64,000 bases of DNA from Desulfosoma sp. (GCA_037481835.1 JBBFKW010000002.1:202544-266543); one strand, 5' to 3'; shown: positions 1 through 10,403, counted from the first letter of the stretch. Notes: generated from the sequence alone by a model not told the origin. A program made the numbers and translations.

Positions 1-1
1 C

Positions 2-460
2 GCCCTGCTCACGGAAGTTCCCGTGCTGCCGGGAACGGACGGGCGAAAGATGAGCAAGAGTTACGGCAACTGCATCTACATCACGGAGCCGGAAGAGTCG
101 GTTCGCCGAAAGATCCTGCAGATGGTCACCGATCCGGCGCGGGCGCGGCGCACCGATCCGGGGGACCCGGAAAAATGTCCGGTTTTTGAGTACCACAAGC
201 TCTATTCCACGGCGGACGAAATTGCCCACGTGGTTCAGGGATGCCGCACGGCCGGCATCGGATGCGTGGACTGCAAGAAGATCCTGCTGCCCCACCTGCT
301 GGATCACCTCGCGCCCATCTGGGACAAACGGGCGGCCCTGGAAAGGGACATGGACGGGGTCAAGGCGGCGGTCCAGGCCGGTATCGAAAAGGCGGCCCGG
401 GAAGCCCGAAAGACCATGGAGCTTGTGGTGGAAACCGTCGGTTTGGGAAATCATGACTGA
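2..460 (+). CDS. trpS: Tryptophanyl-tRNA synthetase, C-terminal part (5' end outside window)
   Basis: LPGTDGRKMSKS class I motif, TDPAR...DPGDP and GCVDCKK segments typical of TrpRS. Confidence 0.93.
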   Translation, partial: ALLTEVPVLPGTDGRKMSKSYGNCIYITEPEESVRRKILQMVTDPARARRTDPGDPEKCPVFEYHKLYSTADEIAHVVQGCRTAGIGCVDCKKILLPHLLDHLAPIWDKRAALERDMDGVKAAVQAGIEKAAREARKTMELVVETVGLGNHD

Positions 461-1226
461 AAGGCCACGCGTCACCCTAACGTCCGTAAGGCTCCATAAA
501 TACATCGCCCAGGCGGGTTTGGCGTCTCGGCGAACGGCGGAGCGATGGATCCTGGAGGGACGGGTTACGGTCAACGGCGCGGTGATCACCGCCCTGGGAA
601 CGACCGTGGATCCCGAGTGCGATGACGTGCGCGTGGACGGGCGCAAGGTGGCGCCGATACGGGGCCGTGAAGTCATCCTTTTTCATAAGCCGCGGTTTTG
701 CCTGACCACGGTGAACGACCCCCGGGGCCGGCCCACGGTCATGGATTATCTGCGAGGTCTTTCGGTGCGCGTCTACCCCGTGGGGCGCCTGGATTGGGAT
801 GCGTCTGGCGCGCTCATCCTCACCAACGACGGCGAGCTGGCCAACCGGTTGATGCATCCCTCCTACGGGGTTCCGAAGGTCTATGAGGTCCAGGTCCAGG
901 GGGTTCCAACGGCGGAACAGCTGGCGGCGCTGCGCCAGGGCGTTCCTCTGGCGGAGGGGGTCACGGCACCGGCCGCAGTTCGCCTGGTGCGCCGCGCCCA
1001 AACGTCCGCCTGGTTGGAAATAACCCTCCACCAAGGATGGTATCGCCAGATCAAGCGCATGGGTGAAGCCGTCGGTCTTCCCGTGCTCAGAATTCATCGC
1101 ACGGCTTACGGGCCCATCCCGTTGGGGGCGCTGCCGGTAGGCCGGTGGAGACGCTTGACGGAGCGGGAGGTTCGCCGGCTTCGGGAAGCGGTTTCGTTGC
1201 CGAGAGAGGCACAGGCGGGCGCATGA
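453..1226 (+). CDS. rRNA pseudouridine synthase, RsuA/RluB family with S4 domain
   Basis: RLHKYIAQAGLASRR S4 start, catalytic VGRLD motif, HPSYGVPKVY; ATG at 453 overlaps end of trpS. Confidence 0.92.
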   Translation: MTERPRVTLTSVRLHKYIAQAGLASRRTAERWILEGRVTVNGAVITALGTTVDPECDDVRVDGRKVAPIRGREVILFHKPRFCLTTVNDPRGRPTVMDYLRGLSVRVYPVGRLDWDASGALILTNDGELANRLMHPSYGVPKVYEVQVQGVPTAEQLAALRQGVPLAEGVTAPAAVRLVRRAQTSAWLEITLHQGWYRQIKRMGEAVGLPVLRIHRTAYGPIPLGALPVGRWRRLTEREVRRLREAVSLPREAQAGA

Positions 1227-3133
1227 CGTTCAAGAAAGATCGTCAAAGAGAGCTTCCTTATGAGGGGTCTCTCTTTCGGCCGAGAAAGAAAAAGAGCCGA
1301 GCGGCCTCCGTGTTAAAGGGCGCCGCGGGAGCGGTCGTGGTGGTGGGGCTCATTGTTCTTGCGCAGACTCAGTGGAACCTTCTGGGAGCCTTTTCCGCCC
1401 ATCTACCCGTGCCCCATCGGCTCGAAGAGCTGGTTTTGGAAGTGAACGCCAAACGGGAAACCATCCCACCGGACGGCGAAAAGATTCTCAATCCTCGGGA
1501 TGCCGTGCGGTTCGTGGGCGTCAAAACCGACGGATGGTTTTCCTGGGGCGTGAAAGTCAGGGCTCCTGAGCTGGATTTTCACAGGGTGCATTCCAAGGCG
1601 GCGGTTTTGCGCGACCTTTTTCCCGCAGAACCTTTCGAAACGCCCAAGACCCTGGCGGTTGAGGCCACGTGGATGGGAAAGCGCTTGGGCGGAGCGAGGC
1701 TCGTTATTCAGTTGGACGCCAAGGATTGGATGTCCAAGGCGCAGGAGGCCGGAAAAACCGAGGACAAGATCCGCTTCTTGGAAAAGGTCCTGGAGTCTGA
1801 GCCCCGAAATGTTTTGGCGAAAACGCAGCTTGCGGCCTTGTATGCCGAAGCCGGCCGGGCTTCCGATGCCGAAAGGCTTTACGAAGAGGTTCTGGAACTG
1901 GGGCAATCCCGGCCGGTCCTGGAACGGCTCATCGGCGTCTACAAGAAGCAGAAGAAGCATGCCAAGGTTGTCGAAGCGTCCCTGAACCTCCTGCAGCTTA
2001 GCGAAGACGCTCAGGTGTTTCAGGATCTCCTCGGCTATCTGCAAAACAACGTGCCCTCAAAGGAAGCTCTGACATTGCTTAAGCACTACGCCGGCAAAGT
2101 GCCCGCCAAGTACCGCGGCTCTTGGCACTTGGTGCGTGCGGACCTGGCGACCAAGACGGAAAATTGGTCGGAAGCGGCCCAAGCCTACGAAAGCGCCGTG
2201 GCGTCGGGGGTTCGGGACCCCAACATCCACTACAATCTGTCCGTTGTGCGGACGAAATCGGGGGATTTGGATCAAGCGGCCGAGGATCTGGAAAAATACC
2301 TTCGCGCCAACCCCAACGATGTGACCAATTGGTTGAAGTTGGCGGCCATGTACGAAAAGGCCGGCGAAGAGTCCAAGGCGGTGAAGATCTATCGGGACGT
2401 GGTCGCCAAGAGCCCCTCCGAAAAGCGGGCCCTCGTGCGCCTGGTGGCCCTCTTGGAAAAATCGGGGGATAAGAACGAGCTTTTAAAAATCTACGAAAAC
2501 TTGGCCCGCTTGGACCCCGACGATCGGGTCGTCCAGTGGAATCTGGCCATGCTGTCCTACGAGGCCAAACAGTGGGACAAGGCTTTGAGCGCCTTTGAAA
2601 AATGCGCCGCCCTTTCGCCAAACGATCCAAAGCCTTTGAAATACCTGCTGGATCTCTACCAAAAGAACAAGGACCAGGAAAAACAGATCGCCGTCCTGCA
2701 AAAGCTTATTGCCGTGGATAGGGACAACTTGGCTTATTACGATGCCTTGTTTACACTTTACGATCAGGCGAGGAACTATGATGCCATAATCAAGGTTTTT
2801 GAAGAGGCGTCGAAGAACAATCCCAAAGTGAAGGCGTTTCACGAATATCTTCTCTACGGGGCGCTGAAGAAGGGCCAAAAGCAGAAGGCCTTGGCGGCTC
2901 TGGAAGAATTGTGTCGTCTGGAACCCAAAGAAGTGAAATATTTCAAACAGGCGGCGCAGCTACACGAGAGCCTGGGCCAATACTCGAAAGCTTTGGAAAA
3001 AATTAAGCGTGTTCTGGAAATCAATCCCAATGATGCGGCGGCCAAGGACGACTACCTGCGGCTGAGGCTCCTTTTGGTGGCGCCCAAGAAGACCGGCTTT
3101 TTCTATTGCACAGACAAGCCGGTTCGTGTATAG
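1223..3133 (+). CDS. Membrane-anchored tetratricopeptide-repeat protein
   Basis: N-terminal hydrophobic helix then many TPR-like helical repeats (e.g. IHYNLS...A.EDLEKYLRANPND); ATGA overlap with upstream gene. Confidence 0.85.
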   Translation: MTFKKDRQRELPYEGSLFRPRKKKSRAASVLKGAAGAVVVVGLIVLAQTQWNLLGAFSAHLPVPHRLEELVLEVNAKRETIPPDGEKILNPRDAVRFVGVKTDGWFSWGVKVRAPELDFHRVHSKAAVLRDLFPAEPFETPKTLAVEATWMGKRLGGARLVIQLDAKDWMSKAQEAGKTEDKIRFLEKVLESEPRNVLAKTQLAALYAEAGRASDAERLYEEVLELGQSRPVLERLIGVYKKQKKHAKVVEASLNLLQLSEDAQVFQDLLGYLQNNVPSKEALTLLKHYAGKVPAKYRGSWHLVRADLATKTENWSEAAQAYESAVASGVRDPNIHYNLSVVRTKSGDLDQAAEDLEKYLRANPNDVTNWLKLAAMYEKAGEESKAVKIYRDVVAKSPSEKRALVRLVALLEKSGDKNELLKIYENLARLDPDDRVVQWNLAMLSYEAKQWDKALSAFEKCAALSPNDPKPLKYLLDLYQKNKDQEKQIAVLQKLIAVDRDNLAYYDALFTLYDQARNYDAIIKVFEEASKNNPKVKAFHEYLLYGALKKGQKQKALAALEELCRLEPKEVKYFKQAAQLHESLGQYSKALEKIKRVLEINPNDAAAKDDYLRLRLLLVAPKKTGFFYCTDKPVRV

Positions 3134-3145
3134 AAATGGCGATTC

Positions 3146-3221
3146 GGGCGGGTAACTCAGCGGTGAGAGTGCCATCCTCACACGGTGGAAGTCGAGGGTT
3201 CGAATCCCCCCCCGCCCACCA
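3146..3221 (+). tRNA. tRNA-Val(CAC)
   Basis: 76-nt cloverleaf: GGGCGGG/CCCGCCC acceptor stem, CCATC-CT CAC AC-GGTGG anticodon arm, GGTTCGAATCC T-arm, encoded CCA end. Confidence 0.96.
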
Positions 3222-3231
3222 TGCAGCTTCC

Positions 3232-3261
3232 AAGCTTCGGCCGTGCCGAAGCTTTTTTTTT
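3232..3261 (+). terminator. Intrinsic terminator after tRNA
   Basis: AAGCTTCGGC-cgt-GCCGAAGCTT hairpin running into a T tract. Confidence 0.85.
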
Positions 3262-3287
3262 GGCAAAATCCGAAGGGGAGCCGCGCG

Positions 3288-3443
3288 ATGTGGAAAGACA
3301 AAACGTGGAAGACTTTGATCTTGGGGGGCCTTATCGTCTTTTTGTTCGGGGGGCTGAGCGCCTGCAATACGGTCAAAGGGATCGGCAAAGACATCCGGTC
3401 CTTGGGAGGGGCCATCGAGCGGTCGGCCGGCGGCGGAAAGTAG
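3288..3443 (+). CDS. Entericidin EcnA/B family lipoprotein
   Basis: Lipobox LSAC followed by NTVKGIGKDI, the entericidin signature. Confidence 0.85.
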   Translation: MWKDKTWKTLILGGLIVFLFGGLSACNTVKGIGKDIRSLGGAIERSAGGGK

Positions 3444-3627
3444 GGAAGGAAAACGCCAAAGGGCGTCGCCTTTTTGAGCAGGAAAAGGGCTCCGCCCGTC
3501 CCGTCGTCCTCAGGCCGTTAAAGGTTGAGGGGCACGGCGGGCCGTGCCCCTGGAACATATCCAAAGAAGAAAGAAGGCGTGGGAGCGCCCATGGCGCGTT
3601 GAGACGGGTTTGGGGACGGCAGAGCCC

Positions 3628-4428
3628 CTAACGGACACCCGTGGGAAGAAAACTTTCCTCGCCCAGCATGGTGAACGGCGATTTGCCGTCGGGGACCCCC
3701 GTCTTGTAGTGGAAAATCCCTTCCACAAGGCTGTTCACGTGCTTGTAGAGCGCCCGAAGGGGGATGTTGGCCGGGCAGGTTTCTTCGCACAGGCCGCAGT
3801 CGATGCACCGGCCGGCCATGTGGACGGCCCGCACCAGGTGGAACGACGTGTCGGGGGGGAGTTTTTCTGCCGGAATGAGTTCTTTGTGTTCGAGGCTGCA
3901 TTCCGTGCAGAAGCACACGGGGCACACGTCCCGGCAGCCGTAGCAGCGGATGCAGCGGTTGAAATGGCCGAGCCACCAGGCTAGGCGATCCGTCTCCGGC
4001 ATGGTTTGCAGCTCATGCAGCCGCCGGCTTTCCTGCACCGGCTTGGGGGCTTCCCCGTAGTCCAAGCGGTCCGGATACGGCTTGGCGCACTCACAGTAAG
4101 ACGCCAGATCCTGCGAACAGGCCTGTCCCAAGACCACGACCTTGTCGGGCTGGAGCTGGTTCCATTTGAACAGTTCGTAAAGGGAGCGTTCCTCGCAGCC
4201 GCGCACCAGGACCCCGAAAGTCTTGTCCGGGTTTTGCCGTGCTTGGGCCAGCAGGAGCTTGGTGACGGGATATCGGGCCTTAAACGGCTGCCAGGTTTCC
4301 AGCGCGTCCACATCGGCCTTGGTGAAAACCGCCGGGAAAGGCAGGCCGTGGACCGTCTTGTAAGCGATGAAGGCGTCCACGCGACCTTCTTCCAGAAGTT
4401 GTCGGACTTTGGTCTTCATGAGATCCAT
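3628..4428 (-). CDS. 4Fe-4S dicluster protein, FdhB/Flx-like partner of HdrA-MvhD
   Basis: CIRCYGCRDVCPVCFC and CIDCGLCEETCP ferredoxin motifs, RGCEERS N-terminal motif; directly downstream of mvhD. Confidence 0.8.
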   Translation of the reverse strand: MDLMKTKVRQLLEEGRVDAFIAYKTVHGLPFPAVFTKADVDALETWQPFKARYPVTKLLLAQARQNPDKTFGVLVRGCEERSLYELFKWNQLQPDKVVVLGQACSQDLASYCECAKPYPDRLDYGEAPKPVQESRRLHELQTMPETDRLAWWLGHFNRCIRCYGCRDVCPVCFCTECSLEHKELIPAEKLPPDTSFHLVRAVHMAGRCIDCGLCEETCPANIPLRALYKHVNSLVEGIFHYKTGVPDGKSPFTMLGEESFLPTGVR

Positions 4429-4459
4429 CCTGTGCGATGATCGAGTCGAGGTTTCGCCA

Positions 4460-4900
4460 TTACAGTCCCATGGCCAAGCGCGGGCTCGCCTCAAAGGACG
4501 GGGCGGGGCCCAGGGATCGCACCTTTTCCGTAAAATCGCGGATGACTTCGGCGAACTTTATTCCCTCGGCCGAGGAAATCCATTCCAGGCGGAACCGCTC
4601 CGGGTTGTAGCCGGCAAACCGGATGAGCTCCTGGACGAAGGTCATGCGCTTGAGCGTCATGTAGTTGCCTTTGAGGTAGTGGCAGTCGCCGATGTGGCAT
4701 CCGGCCACCAGCACGCCGTCGGCGCCGCGCTGAAAGGCGTGGATCACGTGGTGGGGCGACACCGTCCCCGAGCACATGACCCGAACCACACGAACATTGG
4801 GCGGATATTGAAAGCGGCTCACCCCGGCCAGGTCCGCTCCGGCATAGCTGCACCAGTTGCACAAGATCGCCAAAATTCTCGGTTCGAAACGTTCAGCCAT
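4460..4900 (-). CDS. mvhD: MvhD-type [2Fe-2S] subunit
   Basis: LCNWCSYAGADLAG, RVMCSG, GADGVLVAGCHIGDCHY, WISSAEG motifs. Confidence 0.95.
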   Translation of the reverse strand: MAERFEPRILAILCNWCSYAGADLAGVSRFQYPPNVRVVRVMCSGTVSPHHVIHAFQRGADGVLVAGCHIGDCHYLKGNYMTLKRMTFVQELIRFAGYNPERFRLEWISSAEGIKFAEVIRDFTEKVRSLGPAPSFEASPRLAMGL

Positions 4901-4924
4901 GATTGCGTCTCCCGCCTTTGTGGC

Positions 4925-7900
4925 CTAAGCCGTTAAGGCCTCATCGATCTGGGTGTAGAGCTGCAGGTGCGAAAATCCCAGCAGCGTGATGGCTTCCGAA
5001 GGGCAGGTGGCCGCGCAGGTGCCGCATCCCTTGCACAAGGCCTGGTTTACTTCGCACTTGGCCTCTTTTTCCAGGTAAGAGATCGCCCCAAAGGGGCAGC
5101 ACTGGACGCAGCCCTGGCAACCGCAGCACAGATCCTTGTTGATGACGGCGACGACGCCGCCCGCCAAGATGGAATCCTTGGCCAGAATCGTCGCCGCCCG
5201 AGCGGCCGCCGCCTTGGCTTGGGCGATACATTCTTCCGTGGGCTTGGGATAGTGGGCCAGGCCCGCCACGAAGACGCCGTCCGTGGCGAAATCCACGGGG
5301 CGCAACTTGGCATGGGCTTCCAGGAAGAAGCCTTCCGAGTTAAGGGGCACCTTGAACATCTTGGCCAGTTCGTCCGCTTCCGCGCTCTGCATGACGATGG
5401 CTGAAGCCAGGGTGAGGATGTCGGGTTTGAGAACGATGGGCCGTTGGAGCACATGGTCGACGACGGTCACCGTCAGAGTGCCGTCGGGAGCCACCTGAAC
5501 CTGGGGTTTCTTTTCCAGGTCGAAGCGGATGAAGAGAACCCCCCGGGCTCTGGCTTCCTTGTAGAGGTTTTCCCTGAGCCCGAAGGTGCGGATGTCCCTG
5601 TACAGGACGTAGACATCCATTTCGGGGTCGAGTTTTTTCAACCGCAACGCATTTTCGATGGAGTGGCTGCAGCACACCCGGCTGCAATAAGGTCTTTCCG
5701 GTTCCCGGGATCCCACGCACTGGATGAAGACGGCCGAACGGGCGTGGGCGATCCGGGGATCGCGTTCGCTGATGGCCTTGTCCAGGTCCAGGTTGAGGAA
5801 GATCCGGTCGCTCTGGCCGTAGCCGTACTCGGTGGGTTTTAGGGAATGGGCGCCGATGGCGAGGATCGCTACGCCGTGATCGATTTCCTTCCGGGTTCCG
5901 GCCACGTCCACCACGGTGTGGAAATTGCCCACGAAGCCTTGGACGTCTCGGATTTGGGCGTTGGTCAGTACCGTGATCTTGGGGTGCTGGATGACGCGGT
6001 GGATGAGCTCATCCAGATACGGGGCGATGGGCTGGCCGTCCCACGTGGAATAGAGTTTTCGGCCGTGACCGCCCAAAACGTCTTTTCGTTCCACGAGCGT
6101 GACCGGGTAGCCTTGGTCGGCCAGGGTCAGGGCGGCCGTCATGCCGGCGATGCCGCCCCCGACCACCAGGCCCGACTTGGTCACGTTGAGTTCCATTTCG
6201 CCCAAGGGCTGCTGCAGCGCCACCTTGGCCACGGCCATGCGGACCATGTCCTTGGCCTTTTCCGTGGCGGCTTCCGGTTCGTTCATATGGACCCACGAGC
6301 CCATATTGCGGATGTTGGCCATTTCAAAAAGATATTTATTCAGCCCTGCCTGCCGAAGCGTTTCTTGGAACAGGGCTTCATGGGTGCGCGGGGAACAGGC
6401 GGCCACAACGATGCGGTTCAGGCGGTGTTCCTCGATGACTTTCTTCATCTTGTCCTGAGTGTCCTGGGCGCACGTGAACAGGTTGCGCTCCACGTAGGCC
6501 ACCGAAGGCAAGGTTTCCGCGTAATCGGCCACGGCCGCCACATCGATCACTCCGGCGATGTTGACCCCGCAGTGGCACACGAACACCCCGACCCTGGGTT
6601 CCTCCGCCGCGACGTCTTTTTCCGAAAGGGCAGGGGGTTTTCGGGTGAGGCTGTTTCGGGCCGGAGCCAGAAGCGCCGCGGAATCCGCGGCGGCGGCGGA
6701 GGCCTCCATGACGGACAGGGGAATGTCCTTCGGGCTCTGGAAAACACCGCACACGAAAATGCCGTTTCGAGACGTCTGCACGGGCTCGAAAGGCGACGTG
6801 GCGGCAAAGCGCCCGTCCCCGATTTCGATTCCCAGGCGCTCCGCCATCTCCAGGGTATCCTTGGCAATCTGGAGGCCGACGGAAAGGACCACGAGATTAA
6901 ACGTTTCTTCAATGATTCTGCCGTCTTCCGTCACGTACTGAATGGCCATGTCGTCCGTTCCGGGAACCGCCTCGATGCTGTGGACCCGGGATCGGATGAA
7001 ACGGACGTGCTTTTCCTTTTCGGCTCGTTCGTAGTACTTGTCGAAGTCCTTGCCCGGCGTGCGCATGTCCATGAAAAAGATGGCCGTATCCAGCTCCGGA
7101 CCACTGTGTTCTATGGCGATACCGGCTTGCTTGATCGCGTACATGCAGCAGACCGCGGAGCAGTACCCGTTGTCACAATGGTGGATGTCTCGAGACCCCA
7201 CGCATTGGAGCCATGCGATCTTCTTCGGTTCTTGATGGTCGCTGGGGCGGACGAGATGGCCTTCGAACGGACCGGACGCCGAAAGGATCCGTTCGAATTC
7301 CATGGATGTGACCACATTGGGCAGCTTGGCGTAGTTGTAGGTGTCGTAAACTCTGGGATCGAAAGGCTCAAAGCCGGGAGCCAGGATGATGCTTCCCACA
7401 TCGAGGGTGAATTCGCGGTCCTGATCGTCGAATTTTACCGCCTGGGTCGGACAGAATTTTTCACAGGCCCGGCACTTGCCCTTTTCGAAGTAAATGCAGT
7501 GATCCTTGTCGATCACATATTTCAAAGGCACGGCCTGGGGAAACTTGACATACGCGGCTTTGCGTGTGCCGAGCCCCGCATTGTATTCGTCAGGGACCTT
7601 CCGAGGGCATTTTTCCGCGCACGTCCCGCACCCGATACATTTGTCCATGTCAATGTAGCGAGCCCTTTGAAAAACGGTGACGCGAAAATTTCCCGCGTCC
7701 CCGGAAACGTCCTTCACCTCGGCGAGGGTGTGGAGTTGAATGTTCAGGTGCCGACCCACTTCCACGAGTTTGGGGGACAGAATGCACAGTGAGCAATCGT
7801 CGGTCGGAAACGTTTTATCGAGCGTCGCCATGACACCGCCGATGGCCGAACTCTTTTCGATCAAATGGACAAAGTACCCTGAGTCGGCCAAATCCAAAGC

Positions 7901-7984
7901 GGCCTGGACGCCGGCGATGCCTCCACCAACCACCATGACGGATCCGATGGGGTTCGAAGGGGTGGGTCGCGTCGCATTGGTCAT
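4925..7984 (-). CDS. hdrA: Large heterodisulfide reductase subunit A family flavoprotein (1019 aa, duplicated FAD module)
   Basis: Two GGGIAG motifs, LDKTFPTDDCSLC, two QCVGSR...YCS.VCC blocks, VFVCHCG.NI, AACSPRTH, C-terminal ferredoxin. Confidence 0.95.
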   Translation of the reverse strand: MTNATRPTPSNPIGSVMVVGGGIAGVQAALDLADSGYFVHLIEKSSAIGGVMATLDKTFPTDDCSLCILSPKLVEVGRHLNIQLHTLAEVKDVSGDAGNFRVTVFQRARYIDMDKCIGCGTCAEKCPRKVPDEYNAGLGTRKAAYVKFPQAVPLKYVIDKDHCIYFEKGKCRACEKFCPTQAVKFDDQDREFTLDVGSIILAPGFEPFDPRVYDTYNYAKLPNVVTSMEFERILSASGPFEGHLVRPSDHQEPKKIAWLQCVGSRDIHHCDNGYCSAVCCMYAIKQAGIAIEHSGPELDTAIFFMDMRTPGKDFDKYYERAEKEKHVRFIRSRVHSIEAVPGTDDMAIQYVTEDGRIIEETFNLVVLSVGLQIAKDTLEMAERLGIEIGDGRFAATSPFEPVQTSRNGIFVCGVFQSPKDIPLSVMEASAAAADSAALLAPARNSLTRKPPALSEKDVAAEEPRVGVFVCHCGVNIAGVIDVAAVADYAETLPSVAYVERNLFTCAQDTQDKMKKVIEEHRLNRIVVAACSPRTHEALFQETLRQAGLNKYLFEMANIRNMGSWVHMNEPEAATEKAKDMVRMAVAKVALQQPLGEMELNVTKSGLVVGGGIAGMTAALTLADQGYPVTLVERKDVLGGHGRKLYSTWDGQPIAPYLDELIHRVIQHPKITVLTNAQIRDVQGFVGNFHTVVDVAGTRKEIDHGVAILAIGAHSLKPTEYGYGQSDRIFLNLDLDKAISERDPRIAHARSAVFIQCVGSREPERPYCSRVCCSHSIENALRLKKLDPEMDVYVLYRDIRTFGLRENLYKEARARGVLFIRFDLEKKPQVQVAPDGTLTVTVVDHVLQRPIVLKPDILTLASAIVMQSAEADELAKMFKVPLNSEGFFLEAHAKLRPVDFATDGVFVAGLAHYPKPTEECIAQAKAAAARAATILAKDSILAGGVVAVINKDLCCGCQGCVQCCPFGAISYLEKEAKCEVNQALCKGCGTCAATCPSEAITLLGFSHLQLYTQIDEALTA

Positions 7985-8008
7985 GATGCTCTCTCCCTTG
8001 TTTGATCC

Positions 8009-9490
8009 TTATTGCGTTTTGTCGTCGTCCTGTGCGGGACTGGGAGGAATGATCTTTTTCTGCCCGTTGGACAGGTATTCGTGCATGGATGCCGCGGCGA
8101 TGCGGCCCTCTCCCATGGCGCTGATGACCGTGGCCCCGCCCGAAACGATGTCGCCGCCGGCCCACACGCGGGCTTTGGAGGTGCGGCCCCGCTCGTCGAT
8201 GACCACGGTACCCCACCGGGTGACATTGAGATCCGGCGTCGTGGACGGGATGAGCGGGTTCGGGGAGGTGCCGAGCGACACCACCACGGTGTCCACATCC
8301 AGGATGTATTCGCTGCCGGGAATGGGCACGGGGCGGCGCCGGCCGCTTTCATCGGGTTCGGTGAGTTTCATCCGGATGAGTTCCATGGCGGCCACGTTGT
8401 TTCGACCGTCGCTCAGAAACGCCGTCGGGTTGCACAGGAAATGGAACTGGATGCCTTCTTCCTCGGCGTTTTCCACTTCTTCGAGCCGCGCGGGCATTTC
8501 GGCGCGCGTTCGGCGATAAATGACGTAGACCTCCTGGGCTCCAAGGCGCACGGCGCATCGCGCCGCGTCCATGGCCACGTTGCCGCCGCCGATGACCGCA
8601 ACCTTTTTCCCCATCTTGATGGGGGTGGCGTATTCGGGGTAGCGGTACGCTTTCATGAGGTTGGTGCGCGTCAAGAATTCATTGGCCGAATAGACCATGT
8701 TCAGGTTTTCCCCGGGCACGCCGAGGAATTTGGGGAGCCCCGCCCCGGGCGCCAGGTAGACGGCGTCGTAGTCCGTGCGCAGCAGCTCATCCAGGCTGTA
8801 GTTGATGCCGATGACGGTGTTGAGCCGCAGATCCACGCCCAGGGACTGCACGTACTGGACTTCCCGCTGAACGATTTCCTTGGGAAGACGAAACTGCGGA
8901 ATGCCGTACATGAGCACCCCGCCGGCCACGTGAAGGGCTTCGAAAAGGACCACCTGATGGCCCAAAATGGCCAGATCCGAAGCCACGGTCAGGCCGGAAG
9001 GGCCTGAGCCCACCACGGCGACTTTTTTGCCCGTGGACGGAGCCATCTCCGGCATGGTCGGCGTGCCCTGGGTGCGTTCCCAATCGGCGATGAAGCGCTC
9101 CAGGCGGCCGATGGCGACCGGAGCGCCTTTCTTGTTCAGGGTGCAGGCTTCTTCGCACTGGAGTTCCTGGGGGCAGACGCGGCCGCACACGCCCGGAAGG
9201 GATGTCTTGCGCTTCAGGACCTTGGCCGCCTCCTCGATGTCTTCACGCTGCAAGGCCGCAATGAAGTCCGGAATGTCGATGTTGACCGGGCAGCCCTGCT
9301 GGCACGGCCGCTTCTTGCACTGGATGCACCGTGAGGCTTCCTCTTTGGCCAGTTCCCACGTATAGCCCAGCGCCACCTCATCGAAATTATGCCGGCGCTC
9401 GTGTTCCGACTGCTTGGGCATGTCGACCCGGTTCAGGTTGAGCTTCTGTTTCTTCGCCGGGGCGCCCTTGGTTTCTTTTTCGTCCGTCAT
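8009..9490 (-). CDS. NADPH-dependent GltD-like flavoprotein (NfnB/SudA type)
   Basis: EASRCIQC..PCQQGCPV, CGRVCPQE, GSGPSG, GGGNVAMDAAR, YRRTRAEMPAR, GGDIVSGGATVISAMG. Confidence 0.92.
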   Translation of the reverse strand: MTDEKETKGAPAKKQKLNLNRVDMPKQSEHERRHNFDEVALGYTWELAKEEASRCIQCKKRPCQQGCPVNIDIPDFIAALQREDIEEAAKVLKRKTSLPGVCGRVCPQELQCEEACTLNKKGAPVAIGRLERFIADWERTQGTPTMPEMAPSTGKKVAVVGSGPSGLTVASDLAILGHQVVLFEALHVAGGVLMYGIPQFRLPKEIVQREVQYVQSLGVDLRLNTVIGINYSLDELLRTDYDAVYLAPGAGLPKFLGVPGENLNMVYSANEFLTRTNLMKAYRYPEYATPIKMGKKVAVIGGGNVAMDAARCAVRLGAQEVYVIYRRTRAEMPARLEEVENAEEEGIQFHFLCNPTAFLSDGRNNVAAMELIRMKLTEPDESGRRRPVPIPGSEYILDVDTVVVSLGTSPNPLIPSTTPDLNVTRWGTVVIDERGRTSKARVWAGGDIVSGGATVISAMGEGRIAAASMHEYLSNGQKKIIPPSPAQDDDKTQ

Positions 9491-9555
9491 TGCCTATTCT
9501 CCTTGGAAAACCGCACATCCGAGTCGACGCCGATCGGCCTCATGCCGAATCGATT

Positions 9556-10401
9556 TCACCATTGGGAACATCCGCGGCATTGGAATCCCTGCTGCAGGAT
9601 GCTTTCATCGGCATAGGTGCAACGGCGGGCCATCAGGACTTCCCAACCGTCCACTTCGTGGCCGTCGAATTCGGGACCGTGCACGCAGGCGAATCTGTTG
9701 GTTCGCCCCACACTCAACCGACAGGCGCCGCACATCCCGGTGCCGTCCACCATGACGGGAGTGAGGTGCACCATGGTTTTGATGCCGTAGGGGCGGGTCA
9801 TTTCCGAAAGCACTCGCATGAGACACAGGGAACACATGGCGATGACGCGGTCGATCCGCCGCCTGGGGTGCTGGTTGAGGAGCTTTCGCATGGCGACCGT
9901 GGTGCTTTCCATCATGCCGTCGCCCTTGGTGCCCAAAGCCCAAATCACGGTGTCGCTTAGTTCTTCGAGAGGCTTTTGCCCGAAGAGGCGCTCGGGGTCG
10001 GGAGCCTGCACGATGGTGGTCAGGGTATTGCCCTTTTCCTTGAGTGCTTTGAGGATGGGGACCATGGCGGCAAGGCCGTATCCGCTGAGGACCGAGACCA
10101 CATGGCCGTAATGGTCCACTTCCGCGGGACGGCCCAGCGGCCCGATGAAACTCAACAAGGCGTCGCCGGGCTGAAGGCCGGCCAGCTGCTGCGTGGTCTT
10201 GCCCACTTCGATGAACACGAAATCCACCGTTCCGGCGCCCGTATCCCAGTCGCTGATGGTGAACGGCACACGTTCCCCTTTTTCGTCGATGATGAGGATC
10301 ACGAACTGGCCGGGCTTGGCCTTTTCTGCGACCACCGGCGCTTTCACTCGGAGCCGGTGGACCCTGGGAGCCAACACTTCATGATCGACAATTGGATACA
10401 T
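9556..10401 (-). CDS. NfnA/SudB-type FAD/[2Fe-2S] subunit
   Basis: AKPGQFVIL..GERVPFTI FAD motif, GPLG, MVDGTGMCGACR..CVHGPEFDG cluster motif; adjacent to NfnB-like gene. Confidence 0.88.
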   Translation of the reverse strand: MYPIVDHEVLAPRVHRLRVKAPVVAEKAKPGQFVILIIDEKGERVPFTISDWDTGAGTVDFVFIEVGKTTQQLAGLQPGDALLSFIGPLGRPAEVDHYGHVVSVLSGYGLAAMVPILKALKEKGNTLTTIVQAPDPERLFGQKPLEELSDTVIWALGTKGDGMMESTTVAMRKLLNQHPRRRIDRVIAMCSLCLMRVLSEMTRPYGIKTMVHLTPVMVDGTGMCGACRLSVGRTNRFACVHGPEFDGHEVDGWEVLMARRCTYADESILQQGFQCRGCSQW

Positions 10402-10403
10402 GG

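Noticed and set aside
3146..3221. tRNA-Val as an integration site
   Set aside because: No adjacent integrase and no duplicated tRNA 3' end noticed in the window.
5846..7792. 648-aa plus-strand ORF
   Set aside because: Antisense shadow of hdrA.
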